DNA of 63,560 nucleotides, filler included, from Reticulomyxa filosa (Eukaryota > Protista > Foraminifera), in the NCBI GenBank assembly GCA_000512085.1. It is 18 parts of 18 records of this genome, joined end to end, with 100 filler letters (N's around TTAATTAATTAA, not from the genome) between each part and the next. Parts side by side here need not be neighbours in the genome. Positions count along the whole stretch, not along the records: positions 1 to 7,363 come from ASPP01026292.1; positions 7,464 to 12,466 come from ASPP01036309.1; positions 12,567 to 14,249 come from ASPP01049672.1; 15 more parts are not named here. One strand, given 5' to 3'. Each line of letters opens with the position of its first letter. Within the stretch, counting starts at the first letter, position 1. The notes under the pieces were generated by a model. That model was not told the DNA's origin. It searched no databases and worked only from the letters and a program-made list of their open reading frames with translations. Position numbers and translations under genes: made by a program. Below, piece by piece: positions 1 to 13,200 of this stretch.

Positions 1-1
1 T

Positions 2-511
2 AATAATAATAATAATAATAGTAATAATAACAATACTAACAATTCTGCTGCTACTAGTAGCAATAGTAATAATGATAGAATAATTAACATTACACCGGAC
101 TATGCGATATATATGTCTTCCAATCCTTTGCCTCAAGCATTATCAGGAAATAGTGGTGAAAATATGACTCCGAAATTTGACAGTTCACAAGGGACGGCTC
201 CAGATCGGTTCCTTTGGGACAATGAAAAAGACAAAAAGGCGCCCACAACTTCGAGAATGTTTCGTGGAGATATTGTAGAAGGCAATTACTATCTTGTCAA
301 TAACGGATCCATTGGAATGTGCAAATACATTGGAAGAGCAAAGTTTGCTTCCGGTGAATGGATCGGAGTAGAGATCATCCATGGGAAGGGACACAACGAC
401 GGAAGTGTCCGTGGAGTACAGTACTTCACATGCACCAAAAAAGGGCAAGGATGCTTTCTGCAGAGACACCAGATTGTCAAAGATCTGGGCCGTGTTTTAC
501 CTGTTTCTTGA
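2..511 (+). CDS. CAP-Gly domain protein, 3' portion (Asn-rich linker then CAP-Gly)
   Basis: Frame is open from base 2 to the stop at 511. GMCKYIGRAKFASGEWIGVEIIHGKGHNDGSVRGVQYFTC matches the CAP-Gly consensus, with GHNDG in place of GKNDG. Confidence 0.85.
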   Translation, partial: NNNNNNSNNNNTNNSAATSSNSNNDRIINITPDYAIYMSSNPLPQALSGNSGENMTPKFDSSQGTAPDRFLWDNEKDKKAPTTSRMFRGDIVEGNYYLVNNGSIGMCKYIGRAKFASGEWIGVEIIHGKGHNDGSVRGVQYFTCTKKGQGCFLQRHQIVKDLGRVLPVS

Positions 512-1282
512 ACTGTTCTTCTTTCCAGTTATTGGTTTTGGGTGTTTTCTTTTTTCCTTTTTTTTATTATTATATTTTTTTGTTCTTTTTTTTGTGTGTG
601 ATTTCTTTCTTTTGTTCCAAAGTCTTCAACAAATAGTTGTTTCTTGTTGCTTTGTGTTTGTGTAGAACTACCTTTTTTTTTTTGCTGTTGGTTGTTGAAC
701 TATCTATATTCCATTTGGGTTGTTTTCCAAAAAAAATTGTTTCGGGTGACATAAACAAGCAACAATCTTTTTAACTCAACTGTTTGCCATCCGTTGGAAT
801 TGTCATTGCATCGAACAATCTTTTAATATAATAGGTATCATTCATATTCTTAGTCACTCGTGCAAATTAATCTGCTTCTTGTTTGTTAGTGCAATCTTTT
901 TGAACGGATGCTCCATAACAATTTGTGGTACTTGTATGGTTTCATTTTATTACTTTGTTGGATACTATGGTCAATTGATAATACAAATTGGTTCGAGCAA
1001 ATTTGCGCTTTCATATTTCTGTTTTAAACATAGTTCTGATACAAAGTTTGATTAGGATTTCAATTGTTATTACTTTAGTTAATTGAAAGTTGATATGCCC
1101 TGTTTTTTTTTTTGAATCTATCTAAAATGATAAATAAGTAGTTCATAAGTGGAAAATATCTCAAATTTAAAAAAAACGAAAAAATATTTTGGCAACCGAC
1201 AAAAAAAAGAGAGTAGTACTTGTTTAATCACAAAATATTTTATTCTCAAATCTTCTTTTCACAACTTACAAATGAAAAAGTA

Positions 1283-2340
1283 TCAAGTAAATTGTTTCGA
1301 TATAAGCTGTTGGATGCCTTGCACCAGTTTTGGCAAGAGCTTGGTTGTATTATTTTCCGATTCTTCCACAACAGTGTAATGGCACTTCTCCAAGATACTT
1401 TCGATTTGATGTGATGACAACACATGCGGACTGTCCCCGGTAGTGTCCATATTTTGTTGAATGAATACAACAGAAGAAAAGCCTTGGTCACTGCAAATCG
1501 CAGGCACATCGCGTCCTTGGAAATGTGCAAGATGAAAGTAGCTCAAAGGTTGAGTGACAATTTGATAATAAATAGCCAAATGGAGATGAGGCGTGGTATA
1601 TCTTTGCACAGTGCGAAACTCGTCCGCCAGTTGTCCCTCCAGATGCGCAAGGAACTCCATCTTTTCTTCAATGAGTCTATCAGCATCGACAAGATAAAAC
1701 AACAGCAAAATTTTGTTTTGGTATGTGCTATCCATATGATTGGAGTCCACAGCAACGTTGTCGGCATCAAAGTGAACAGTGCCAAGAAAAGTAGTGGGAC
1801 CAAAAAAAGAAGAGGGATGCATGTTCGAGTAATAGTGATGAGGAGAATAACCCCCTCTATTCGGATCATCTTTGAATATTAAATGCAACAATAGTGGCAA
1901 CAAAATCGTCAACAAAAACAATATGATCGAATACAATATCGCACTGCTTTGTCGCAAATATTTGTTACTTTGATCCAACGAATACATTTCTTTTACGTAG
2001 TCATTGTCTAAAGGAAGAGATTTATCTCGATCTTTTCATTATTATTGTACATATATGTATATATATTATAGTCACTACAAAAAAAAAAAAAATAATAATA
2101 ATAATAAAATAGATCACACATGTTGGACGTGAATGAATAGGGAAATATTTTGCAGTTGGAACGTTAGTGTTCCCATGAGCAAAAGTCCGATGGTACATTT
2201 GATGAGTAGACAAACCCGGAGTTGAGTCGGACGTCATTAAAGGGGTTTGTCGATGAGTCGAGGTATTGGTAAGCCGGTGGATGCCATCGGATGATGTATC
2301 TGTATCGCAATCTTCAGTTGATGCATTTTCATATCTAGAT
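1283..2340 (-). CDS. Hypothetical spliced protein with one hydrophobic segment; further upstream exons possible to about 3100
   Basis: 234-aa ORF with a TM-like stretch (ILYSIILFLLTILLPLLLHLIF), an AG acceptor near 2009 and a Ser/Thr-rich upstream exon at about 2125-2340. Confidence 0.5.
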
Positions 2341-3538
2341 CCATCCCAAAAAAAAATATAAAAAATAAAGAATAAAAAAATTAAATTTCATTTAATTGAT
2401 TTATTTGCGTGAAACAACCCAACAAACTCGTGATCTCTAATCCTTCTCTTGTTTAGTTTTTTTTCCAAACGGCTATTCAAAAGTTGAGTCCTGTTATTTT
2501 TGTAGAGTTGTATAGACATCCATTTTTTTTTTTTTTTTGTGTGTGTGACACTTTGGAGTGTGTATGCGTATACTCCTTTCCCAATTTAGCTTAATCAGAC
2601 AAAAAAAGAAAGCTGCTTTTTTTTTTTTCCTTTTAGAACCTTTTCAATCGTATCACTTTGCTATTGTATGCACTCCTCATTTTCATCAATTGGGCTCTCA
2701 ACTCACTTTTTTCGACGTCGGTCAAGTCATTTCTTTCTTTTTTTTTTTTAGTGAGAAATACGTTTTCATGGTGCAAGGAGGCAACACTTCCTTCCTTTCA
2801 GGAAACAATTATCGAGCATATATAAACTATAACAAACTAAAATTTAAAAAAGACTAAGATATGACAGAGTAAAACTCAAGAACCTGGGTATAGTGTTGAG
2901 TCAGAATTGCTGTCGTACTCTCCATCTGGGTAGGCACTCTGTGAACGCAGATTTGTTTCCAAGTTTAACACAAGGCGCCAAAGACAACACACTGAACTGT
3001 GGTTGTTTGAGGATAGAAATATTGTGTATTCATATGCAGTCTCTTGATTTTGTTCCTTCCGTTGATGTTGCGGTTGTCTTAAATTTAGGTTTTTTTTTTT
3101 GTGTAGCACCTTCAATTTTGAAGTTGTGTCTGGACGAATTCGAAAAGAAAAATATTTGAAGCATTTAATTTGAAATTAAAAATCTGAAAAAAAAAAAGCA
3201 AGTTACAAAACTAATGTTTCTTTGCCACCAAAAAAATTTGCAAACTAACCAAAATTTTGCATGAATCATTGATGGACTATCCAAAAAAAAATCACATCAC
3301 CAAAAAGGGTCAGTTATTCTTGATGCGGTTTTTTTTTTTTAAAAAAAAGTTAGTTTCCGCACAAGAAAAACGAATCTTCCGCCACACGCGCAAACTAAAA
3401 TACACCAACAAAAAAAAAAAAAGAAAAAGGAAACAGCAATTGCACTGAACAACAACAAAAAAAGTATTTCATTGGATTAATTTATGTTTTCTCTTTGCTT
3501 GCCATCAAATGTATTGCTTTTTAAAATTAATTTAAATA

Positions 3539-4635
3539 TCAAAGTTTTGCAAAGAGTGGGAAAAGTTCTTGTATAACAGTCTTGACTTGAGGGAAGATAT
3601 TGGCATATCCCAGCCACCACTCAGGACCGAGAAAGGTGAGATACGCGACCACGATTTGAGAGTGTTTCTTTACGTAGTCGATATATTCTTTGGTATACCC
3701 ATGTTTGGTTTGTAGCAGTGAATAGACCTCTTCCATCTCTTTGAACTCTTCATCGTCGGAAAACGTAATCCTACTGAAGTCGAACACTTTGTGAGACGAC
3801 AGAGTGCCTGAACACACGTAGGCCAGGTTGTGCGAACTTGGGTTCGCAGTCGTGGCAAACGCCATCCGATATCCCAAATAGCACGCGCCCATTGCCTGTA
3901 GCAGGCTCATCAATTGTCCTAACTTTTTGACGGTCGTACCGGGTACTACTGTTACCACGTCATAAATCCTGACTTCACCATAATTAATTTCCCTTTTTTT
4001 TTAAAAAAACAAAACAACTAAATTAGTACATCACAATTCAGCATCCACAGTACACCCCCCCCTTTCGTAAAAAAAATTTATACATCAAAAAAAATAATGA
4101 CGTATACACTATAAAAACCAAGAATATCCATTCCAAAAAAAAAAAAAAGGTTTTTTTTTTTTAACTTTAATGGTTTAAAATCTTCGTCGAAAAGCATTTT
4201 GCAAAGCTGTGGAAAATTTTGAATCGCTTTTGCGTTGATTTTTTTTCGCATCCTTTGGAAGGTTGATTCTGATGACTTGTCAGTTGGGGCCAACATATCG
4301 TCGCTGGTTGTAACTGCAACTACTCGGTTTGTCTTTCGTTCGAGGGCCACCCACGAAGTACCCCTTTTTATTGCAAAGCTTACTTCACGCTTAAAGCGCG
4401 GAAGGCTGTCTTCCACAGATGCATTGAAACACATATGATTGATCACATTGCCATACATACTAAATTGGTAGCAAAGCAAGGTCAACACTTGTTGGTAATG
4501 ACATTCTTTTAGAACGTCAAAACGAAGGTTATCGAATTTGTGCGTTTTTAGCAAGTCATGCCACGCTGGAGACTTGTCTAACTTCTGCACTAATTCTTGG
4601 AATTGTTTCACATGCTTCTCGTGAAGTTCTTCCAT
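3539..4635 (-). CDS. GNAT-family N-acetyltransferase, two exons (4635-4166, 3992-3539; 307 aa)
   Basis: A GT-AG intron (4165-3993) joins the two ORFs in frame (924 nt total). Motif A-like VTVVPGTTVKKLGQL and motif B-like LGYRMAFATTANPSSHNL are present. Confidence 0.65.
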
Positions 4636-6125
4636 TGCTACTTTCTTTCACGTTGAAAAAAACAGTAGACACAAAGACACAAAAGGACAGAAGGAAAACC
4701 AAAAAAGCCTTGTTTTCTTTTTAAAAACGAGTTTGTTACTAGATCACAAGGTGACACACTGCACGAACTACAAAATCACTGTTTTCATAATCACATGAAA
4801 ACAAGATCCAATTTTTACAACATGCATCCAATCGATACTTTCTTGTGTGCAAAAATAGACTTGCATTTAAAAAATATATGATCGATCCAAAAATAATACC
4901 AATTTTATCATTCACGTAGCTATATGCTTTTACCTTTATTGGTAACTTACACCTAATGATTAGAAACAAAATATTTTGCCGAAAACATACAACAATGCCC
5001 AAGTGAGCAAATACATAATCTTTTATAAAAATTAATTTTGTTGAGGTCATCCATTAACTGCATGCTTCAGACTAGTGGCCAGTGAAACAAAAGAAACCTG
5101 ACAAGAAGTATTTCTGATTTTTTTTAAAGTTTATTGAATTTATGATACGAATCATCTACATCAGGAAGTTTTCTTATATAAATACTTTTTTAGAGGAGAA
5201 AAATTTGTTTTATCAAGTTAAAGTATTTTGCACTAAAAGGGGAATTTTTCAAAGCAAACACACAAAAAAGAATCTATTATTTATGAAATAGATGTTTTAT
5301 GTCTATTAACTGAATAGTATTCATAAGATTAAAACAATACTGTAAGAATTGAAGGAAAACAAGTAAAAAATGATATATTTCCATTATACTGCAAATAAAG
5401 CGCAACTAGAAAATTTAAAACTATTTTCTCAAGATAACCCAATAAATTCATTGACAAAAAATGTTGCCACAAGGGAAAGAACCTGCTGTAGAGGGCTAAG
5501 AGGCAATCTTAAATAAGAGTTGGATTTAAAAGTAAAGAAGAGATTTTTTTTAATTTGAGAGAATAAAACACTTGAGTCACTTATGACTCGTTATCACGTA
5601 GTTTCGTACTACACTGCTTTTTCCCTTTCCATAAATGCGCTTAATATTATTACGGTTAAATAAAAAAGCAGTTTACAACCAAATTAAAAGACAATGAAAA
5701 AAAAACGGAGAGAAAAACGAAAGTAATTAAGTTTACGAGGAAGGGGTTTTAAGATTCACTTGAGCTTGTCAACAATTTGCCCTACAATATGGTTAACAAA
5801 ATGTTACCCACTACTAAGGATATTTGCATAATTTGAGGGTCAAAGATATTTCTCAAATAAACATAACTAAAGCGAAAATATTTAAAAGCAACAGGTCAAC
5901 AAAGAAAAAATATACGTGATAGATGTTGTTGATATGTTAAGCAAAAAATTTTTTTACATGCTCAAATAGTTTTAAAAAATACAAAATTACCATTTCTAGA
6001 ATTGTTTATTGTTTCACCTTTTTTTTTGTACATTATTCTAAATAAAAAATGAATATAATACATTTATGTAGATTGTTAAAGAAATGTATTCTTTTTCATT
6101 TTGTTACACTTTGATTATTATGCCA

Positions 6126-6300
6126 TCACCATATTTTGATTTTCCCATTTGAACATGACACAATAGTATTACTATCTGGTGAAACACATATACTAAATAT
6201 TTGAATTGTCTCATTTTCCAATTTTTGTGTTTCTTGTCCTGATTTTACATCCAATAAATGAATAGTCTTGTCCCATGCCCAAGATACAATAGTAATAACG
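6126..6300 (-). pseudogene. Isolated WD40 C-terminal fragment
   Basis: IVSWAWDKTIHLLDVKSGQETQKLE...SPDSNTIVSCSNGKIKIW is about 1.5 degenerate WD40 repeats with no upstream gene body. Confidence 0.7.
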
Positions 6301-7363
6301 AAAAAACACTTTTTAGTACACCAGCATGCCATTAACGTAAAACAACTGCCGTTTTCTTTGATTATTCAAGATCAAAACCTGGTTTTTGAAGGGCATTGAC
6401 ATAAGTTAAAAAAACAAGTCGAGATAATCGATACTAGAATAGCAGAAGAGATACTTCATTTTGTAATGTGTAAAAAAAAACTAAGATCAATTGATAACTA
6501 ATAAAAAAAAATAATGCGCACTACATCCACATAAAATATTTACCAAAATGTGTTTTACACTCAAGAACTGTACAAATATCGATTACAATATTCAATTAAA
6601 CATACATATGCAAGACCGTGAGCTAAGGGCATCAAAATTGTTACCAACGAGTTATTACGTACTTTACGTTGATCATTTTTTTCTTTTTTTTTTGAACTAG
6701 ATTGAACTTAATTTTTTTTTTCTCATCTTCACAACCTTTTTTTTAACTAAAATAAGATAAATAATTAAAAATGACAATACAATAATAATAATTTGTTTGC
6801 TTGTATGTAAAAAAAGACGATGCTGGCATCATAGTTGGCATATTTGGAAACTCACGTGATGGATACATTTCGATAGAAATAGAATAAAGCAACGGCATTA
6901 GAGTATTGACTGAATTGTATAATCTCGTGCAATTTTGTTTGAACATTCTTTCACGATTGTACTTGTTAATGTTCGTGACAAGAGTCAAATTGAAAGTGTA
7001 CAAATAACGTCAAGAAGATATTATGAAGACTTATTCGGTGTAGTGGAATTGTCCAAAGGTATCAAATAATATACTTGCCGTTTATTTTTATGCAATTCAC
7101 AAGTGTATATATCCGCATTACTAAATGCAGCTTTGGCAGTATATCGTCGAGCAATCTCCGAAATTATTATGAATTCTTTTTGCAAGACTTCACTTGCTAC
7201 AAAAAAATACATATCGGACAACAATATACAAACAAATAATCTACAAACAGTTCATGAGATAATATATGTATATAGCAAAAAAATTGCAATACTTAAATGA
7301 CAATTCGATAAAAAAAATACAATTCACTAAATAAAAAAAAAGGATTTACACATTAAAAAAAAA

Positions 7364-7463
7364 NNNNNNNNNNNNNNNNNNNNNNNNNNNNNNNNNNNNN
7401 NNNNNNNTTAATTAATTAANNNNNNNNNNNNNNNNNNNNNNNNNNNNNNNNNNNNNNNNNNNN
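7364..7463. other. Artificial contig linker N44-TTAATTAATTAA-N44, first of 17. Others start at 12467, 14250, 15577, 16931, 22403, 29203, 33671, 35113, 36336, 37436, 40446, 42464, 50151, 51367, 53087 and 55758.
   Basis: The same 100-bp unit recurs each time, and the 12-mer places stop codons in all six frames. Confidence 0.99.
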
Positions 7464-7777
7464 ATCATTATCATAATCATTGTCAAAATGTCATTTATTC
7501 TTCATCAGAAGACAAAACCATTTGTTTTTGGGATTCCAAACATAATAGACAATTACAGACATTCAATGGACACACTAATAAGGTTTATGGTATTGAATTT
7601 TCACCATTTAATGACAGTAGATATTTGTGTTCTGGATCATATGACAAAACAATTCGTTTATGGGATATTGAGACATCAAAATCATTACATGTTTTCAATG
7701 GACATGAAAATACTGTTTGGTGTGTTGATATTTCACCATTACAAAGTAATAATAACAAAGATGATAATAATAATAAT
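7464..7777 (+). pseudogene. Truncated member of the expanded WD40 family
   Basis: SSSEDKTICFWD...FNGHTNKVYGIEFSPFNDSRYLCSGSYDKTIRLWDIE...WCVDISPLQSNNN closely parallels 19305-20381 but breaks off after the Asn tract. Confidence 0.8.
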
Positions 7778-8159
7778 GTGTTTTTTAAAACACAATAAAT
7801 AAATCTTTAAGTAAAGATTTAATATTGATGACTTTCTCCCGTGAAATTTTGTTGATTTATTACAATTTTTGTGAATGTGAAATTTTGTTTTCTTTATCAA
7901 ATTTGCACAAGTAAAAAAAAATAACAAATATTCCACCACGTTGTTTCGCAAGCATTTTTGTTCTCTTCCAAGCCCTTTGTATCTTCCAAATATTTTCTTT
8001 CATTGATAAACCACTTTGGGTGCATACTTTCCAAACATAATTCACCAAAATGGTCTTAGTTACGCCAACAATTTTACAATTATCACTATCACATAATCGA
8101 AGTGTTTTACCAGTGATTGAGAATTTTAACAAAAGACGTGATGTTGAGCTGTTGGATCA

Positions 8160-9277
8160 GTGCTGGAGTTTGCTCAAAGTTGCAAAAAAATTTTGTGAAG
8201 TTATGAATGTGTGCGTAAATGGATGCTACGTTCATCATAAAAATATCAAAAATTGGTAGTGGAAGCATAATGTGTGGTCTTGCCTTGTAGTGTTAAGACC
8301 TATTTATGCATGTAACATTAATTGATATATCAATGCCTATTTTTACAAAGAAATACTATGTGATGAAATGCTCATAAAGCATTAATTGGTGTTTAGAAGA
8401 TAATGGAAATTGTATATTTCAGCAAGATAATGCCACTAGTCACACAAAAATCACAGCAAAAGGAGATTTGAACAAAATTCTATCAAAATATTGAATTCAC
8501 TTCAAATTCTTCAGAACTGAAGCAAATCGAAAATCTGTGGTGGATAGTGAAAACAAAAATATTCAAAAATGGATCATTCAGATCGAAAGAATAATTACTG
8601 AAACAATTTGAATTAGAATGTAAAAAAAATGACAAAGGAATATGCGCAAATTTAACAAAATCAATGCCAGAGAAAATACAAGCAGTATCCAATGCAAAAA
8701 GTGATTTAACAAAATTGTAATTTTCATTAAAAACAATCTTACTACAAAAAAAATCAGTTCACATCTTTGAATTAACTTGACTTGCTTGGATTAGACAAAA
8801 AAAATGTAAAAAAACCAATAATAAGTAAAAAAAAAAGAAACAGCAGTCAAAAACAATCATACTTTCACAATGTACAAACTTTGAAAAAAACATTAAATTT
8901 TTGCAAAAAAAATTTTTCGTTAACAAAAAATTGAGTTTTCTCAAAAACTACGCAACGTAGAAGACTAATCTTTTTTTTTACAAATATCTACTCATTGAGG
9001 AATTTCTGAAAATGCTTAAAAAAGTTGGCAAGTTTCATTGTTACGACGTAGTCATGATTGTCAACTTTTTCTCGAAAATTTTCAAAAACCAATGAAATAT
9101 TCAAATTTTTAAACAATTAGGAAAGATGTAATAAAAAACCAAAATGATATTTAAAAAGTACACGATTTGTAGATATTTTTTTTTTAAATTAGGTCTGAAT
9201 GTTGTTTTTTCATGAAAAAAAATCAATCATTTCTATAAGGTGTCGTTTTAGGTGTCAACTTTACTTTCATTCTACTG
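8160..9277 (+). mobile_element. Decayed Tc1/mariner (DD34E-type) transposon: transposase relic 8160-8720 and right terminal inverted repeat ending at 9277, followed by TA
   Basis: Frameshifted motifs in canonical order: LEFAQ; CKKIL*SYEC (from WKKILWSDE); GSGSIM-WSC; NAYFYKEIL; IFQQDNATSHT; LKQIENLWWIVK; SMPEKIQAVSNAK. D(8426) to E(8529) is 103 nt against 105 for DD34E. The end reads TA-CAGTAG on the minus strand. Confidence 0.85.
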
Positions 9278-9289
9278 TATGTATAAAAT

Positions 9290-10650
9290 AAGGTTTGCAT
9301 TATCTTGAAAGAGCTATTGCAAAAGATGCGATTGATGACCTTCAAATTGCGCTATCAATTGTCAAATATCTTGGACTAGGGCCATTGGGAACGAAAGTAA
9401 GGATTGGAATAGAAAAAAGTCGTCCAAGGAACAGTGGAAGATCGGCAAAGTATTCGGTCAAGGGCTAAACACATTCGACAAAGTACTAGAACGAATGTTG
9501 TTAAAACAAAGAATTGTCTTGAAGGTGTTGATTCTCTTTTGATATATCACGACTTACCTGGGGGCTGCTTTGCAGCGGCAATTATTTGCACCTTATTACT
9601 ATTACTGTAATAGTGCTGTTGAAATGGACTTTTCGACGAACCACGGGGGTTGGGTGGATCGTTGCTATTGGATTCGCACCTGTTCCCTCCATTATTTTTT
9701 GTCAAAGAATTCAATTAAAAAGGAACCAATCAACACGAGAGCGGCACAACCCGGTTCATTGTGGCAAGCTTTCATCAAGGAGATGAACAAGACCCATACG
9801 TCAATGATTTGATCGCAAACATAAATGCAAATCTTTAGAACGACATTATGTCACCGCGCCCATTGTCCATTTCCGTCCTAATCAAATTACAATGTTTTTA
9901 TCTTCGATGAAAAAAAATTCAAATGCCAAATCATGAATTGTTTTATTTTTTGACATATATTTTTTTTTGAAAGTAATGACAATTTGATAATTTTTTTTAA
10001 TGCAAAAAAAGATAATTTGTTGTTAACCAATTGTCCAAAGACAAACAAAAAAACAAGAAGTGCAAAAAATTGCAAAGTAACCAGCGAGTCTGAATGACAA
10101 AAAAAAGCAGCTTCTATTGTCTAATGCTCGTTCGTGCACGTGATAGTATGCTCAATTTTATTCAAATATGGCTCATCAATCATTTACCACGCGAAACTGC
10201 GCAGTACGGAATGTACTCGCTGTTCAAATATAATCGCCATTTGTTAAAGCATTCGTCCAATACAGCTGTTGGCTACATTGTGTATTATTTGCGCCCTTTT
10301 GTCTGTGCTTTGCATTCGCTTCTCTAGCAAATCAAACTTTGATTCAAAGATGTATCCAAAAGAGAGAGGGCGTAAAATCTATGTCCGAAGTGCTTTCATA
10401 TGAAAACTGCAATGTCTTTTCAATCCTGGAGGCTTTGATTTCAAAACTGGAATTGCATTGGATCAATATCTAAAGCAAGCGTTTGCCTACGCTACAAAAG
10501 TCGCCGAAAATCGCTATGACGTGCTGCTGGAATTACCCAAAACTGTATTCAAGTTTTACACTTGCTCACAGTCGGAATACGACAAAAAGATATTGTTGCC
10601 TGCATGAATCAAACAATCTTTGAACGTTGTCGTGCAATTTGAACTCAGGT
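9290..10650 (+). pseudogene. Degenerate coding-like region of unknown family
   Basis: Higher GC than the flanks, short interrupted ORFs including a hydrophobic segment (GVGWIVAIGFAPVPSIIF), and splice-like borders. No family recognised. Confidence 0.25.
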
Positions 10651-12314
10651 TGTTTTTTTTTTTACAACATTGTCCATGTGACTATTTACATTTATATGTA
10701 TATACGTATGAACATGTATGATGGGAGCGCTGTTGAACTTTCTGATCTATTTTTTAACAAGTGAGCATTACCTAATCATTTATAGCATAAGGCAATAAAT
10801 ACTGAACTTTTCTTATTTGACTACGCAATTGAAATAATATAAAATAGCCGTTTGAATATTTTTGGATGGTCAAATGAATGCCAAAGCAAAGTGTGGACAA
10901 TCTAAAAAAAAATCCACAATAATCAAGCAAACCTTTGTTTTAAAATTATCACTAATGTTATTGTTTTAAATACTAAAAAAAATATAAATTCAATATATTT
11001 TTTGAAACAAATTTTTGGACACAGATAAGCGTTGTCTCATATCCTTTTGAAAAGACTTTCAATGTAGTGAATTTGTGTCATATTGAATAACAACAAAGGA
11101 TTGAACGTAGCATTTAAAAAACCAGTTTAGTGTAGTCGCAGCAAAACTAATCCAATTTGACCTAATCAATTGCTTTCATCCTGCAAGTTGGGGATAATTT
11201 CAAGAATCAAATAAAAAATTACAAATCAACTCAGATACATGTTTATCTTCTCTTTCTTTCAAAAATTCTAATGGAGCATGGTGGCCAAGCTGTCTCAATA
11301 AATTGTACCACACATTAGATCTGAAAAGTACATGAATTATTTTAATTTTTTCTTTTAAAGGAGAGAAAAATCTACTCCATAAAATGAAACACTTGCGATT
11401 TTATTAATGAAAAATTAAAATATTTTTTTAAAATGATATCTAGATATCCTGTAAAATCTAAAAATGTCTTTGGTTTTTAATAAAAGTGTAGAAAACCATG
11501 CAAAAATTGTTAATGTTTTTGTTCATTTTTTCTAGGACGCGCACTTCCACTTTACGTTATTCAAAATTATTTTTTTTCAGCTGCTTAAGCGCATTCTTAA
11601 TTGTAGAAATAGGGCGATCCATTAATGTGGCAATGCACTTAGCACCAAGACCAGTCTTTTTTTTGCGGTCGATTGTATGTGAATAAAGCTTTTTGATTTA
11701 TCTTTTTTTTTCCTTCATTAAAAATATGATGTTGCCAAAAACGTAAGGATTAATGTAAACGGATTCTTCAAATATTACTTTTTCAGCGTCTTTGTTTTCA
11801 GAGTGATGTAAATGGATATAGAATATGATATCATGAAGAATATATCCGCTTTGCATACCAAATTAGAGAGCTATCTTAAGATAAACTATTCCTGATATTA
11901 AAAGGGCTTTTCATCTGATTGCATTCTTTTGAATTATTGATTATTCATATTCTGCTTCAAAAGAAAATGTTGTTTTTGATAATGCAGACTGCTGTCCTTT
12001 TTATTTTGTCCTGTTTTTAGTGTTCGATACTACACAAAAAACATTTAAAAAATTAATAGTGAAGAAAACACAATACTTAAAATACTTTGCAACTTATTTT
12101 GATAGTTGATACAAGTCTTATTTATTGTGCTTTTCAACTTTTTAAAACATTGAACGCAGCTTTTTCAAATTTTTTAAACAACAAAGTAAAATAAAACACA
12201 TTCTTCAGTGCTTGCATTCAATCAAATCAAACAAGTTTGACACAATCTTACTTTTTTTTAATCAAACGATTCAAAAAAAAAAAAATTCTATTTCTTATTC
12301 GACAAAACAGTACA

Positions 12315-12466
12315 TTATCCCCAAATACGAATGGGACCTTTGTATGAACCATAACACAAATTCAAATCATTCTTTGTATTCTCTTTCTTTTTCAATCCAA
12401 TAAATTTAAGACAAATTATTCTACCATCTTCTTTATAATCTCCTTTGATCATATACAATTCATTCT
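12315..12466 (-). CDS. WD40 family member, C-terminal end (cut by contig edge)
   Basis: NELYMIKGD...ICLKFIGLKKKE...LCYGSYKGPIRIWG* is the same C-terminus as the paralogues ending at 17204 and 20381. Confidence 0.85.
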
Positions 12467-12742
12467 NNNNNNNNNNNNNNNNNNNNNNNNNNNNNNNNNN
12501 NNNNNNNNNNTTAATTAATTAANNNNNNNNNNNNNNNNNNNNNNNNNNNNNNNNNNNNNNNNNNNNACCCTCCTTCCTTTCTCCCGCCCCCCCCTCTCAA
12601 AAAAAAAAAAATCGGTAAAGGAAGTTGTACTATATACCATTGCCAATTTTTTATGCGTATACGTATATACGTAATATGTATATTTTGTTATTTATATTTT
12701 ATAAACATATAATAAATATATATATATATATATATATATTAG

Positions 12743-13154
12743 CATCTGATCCAGTAAACTATTTTGCAGTGTTATGGGTCGTGTTGGACGCATGGGACTT
12801 TTTCAGTGACATAGCGTTTTGCTGGCTGTTGTCCGCAAGACAGCGAACGAAGGGATTGTTTGTGGTGTCGTTGCTGATCGTACTGTTTTCGTATATTGGC
12901 AAAATGTTCTATATGGTTCATTTGTTGCAAGTGTGGAATAACCCGCAAGCGCCAAGACAAACGCGACACTGGCTGGAGCAATGGAGCTGGTTTCTCATCA
13001 GTGTGTCCATGTTGTTTGGAGGAATCCATCCCGCACTGGAATTGTGCAATTCGGTGTTGTTCCCTATGGACATTTTTGGAATGCATTTGCCATTTAGTGA
13101 AATGGTCCGAGTGCGAACGGAGAGATTTACCACTAACATTATCACAGAGGTTTG

Positions 13155-13200
<46 letters not shown>

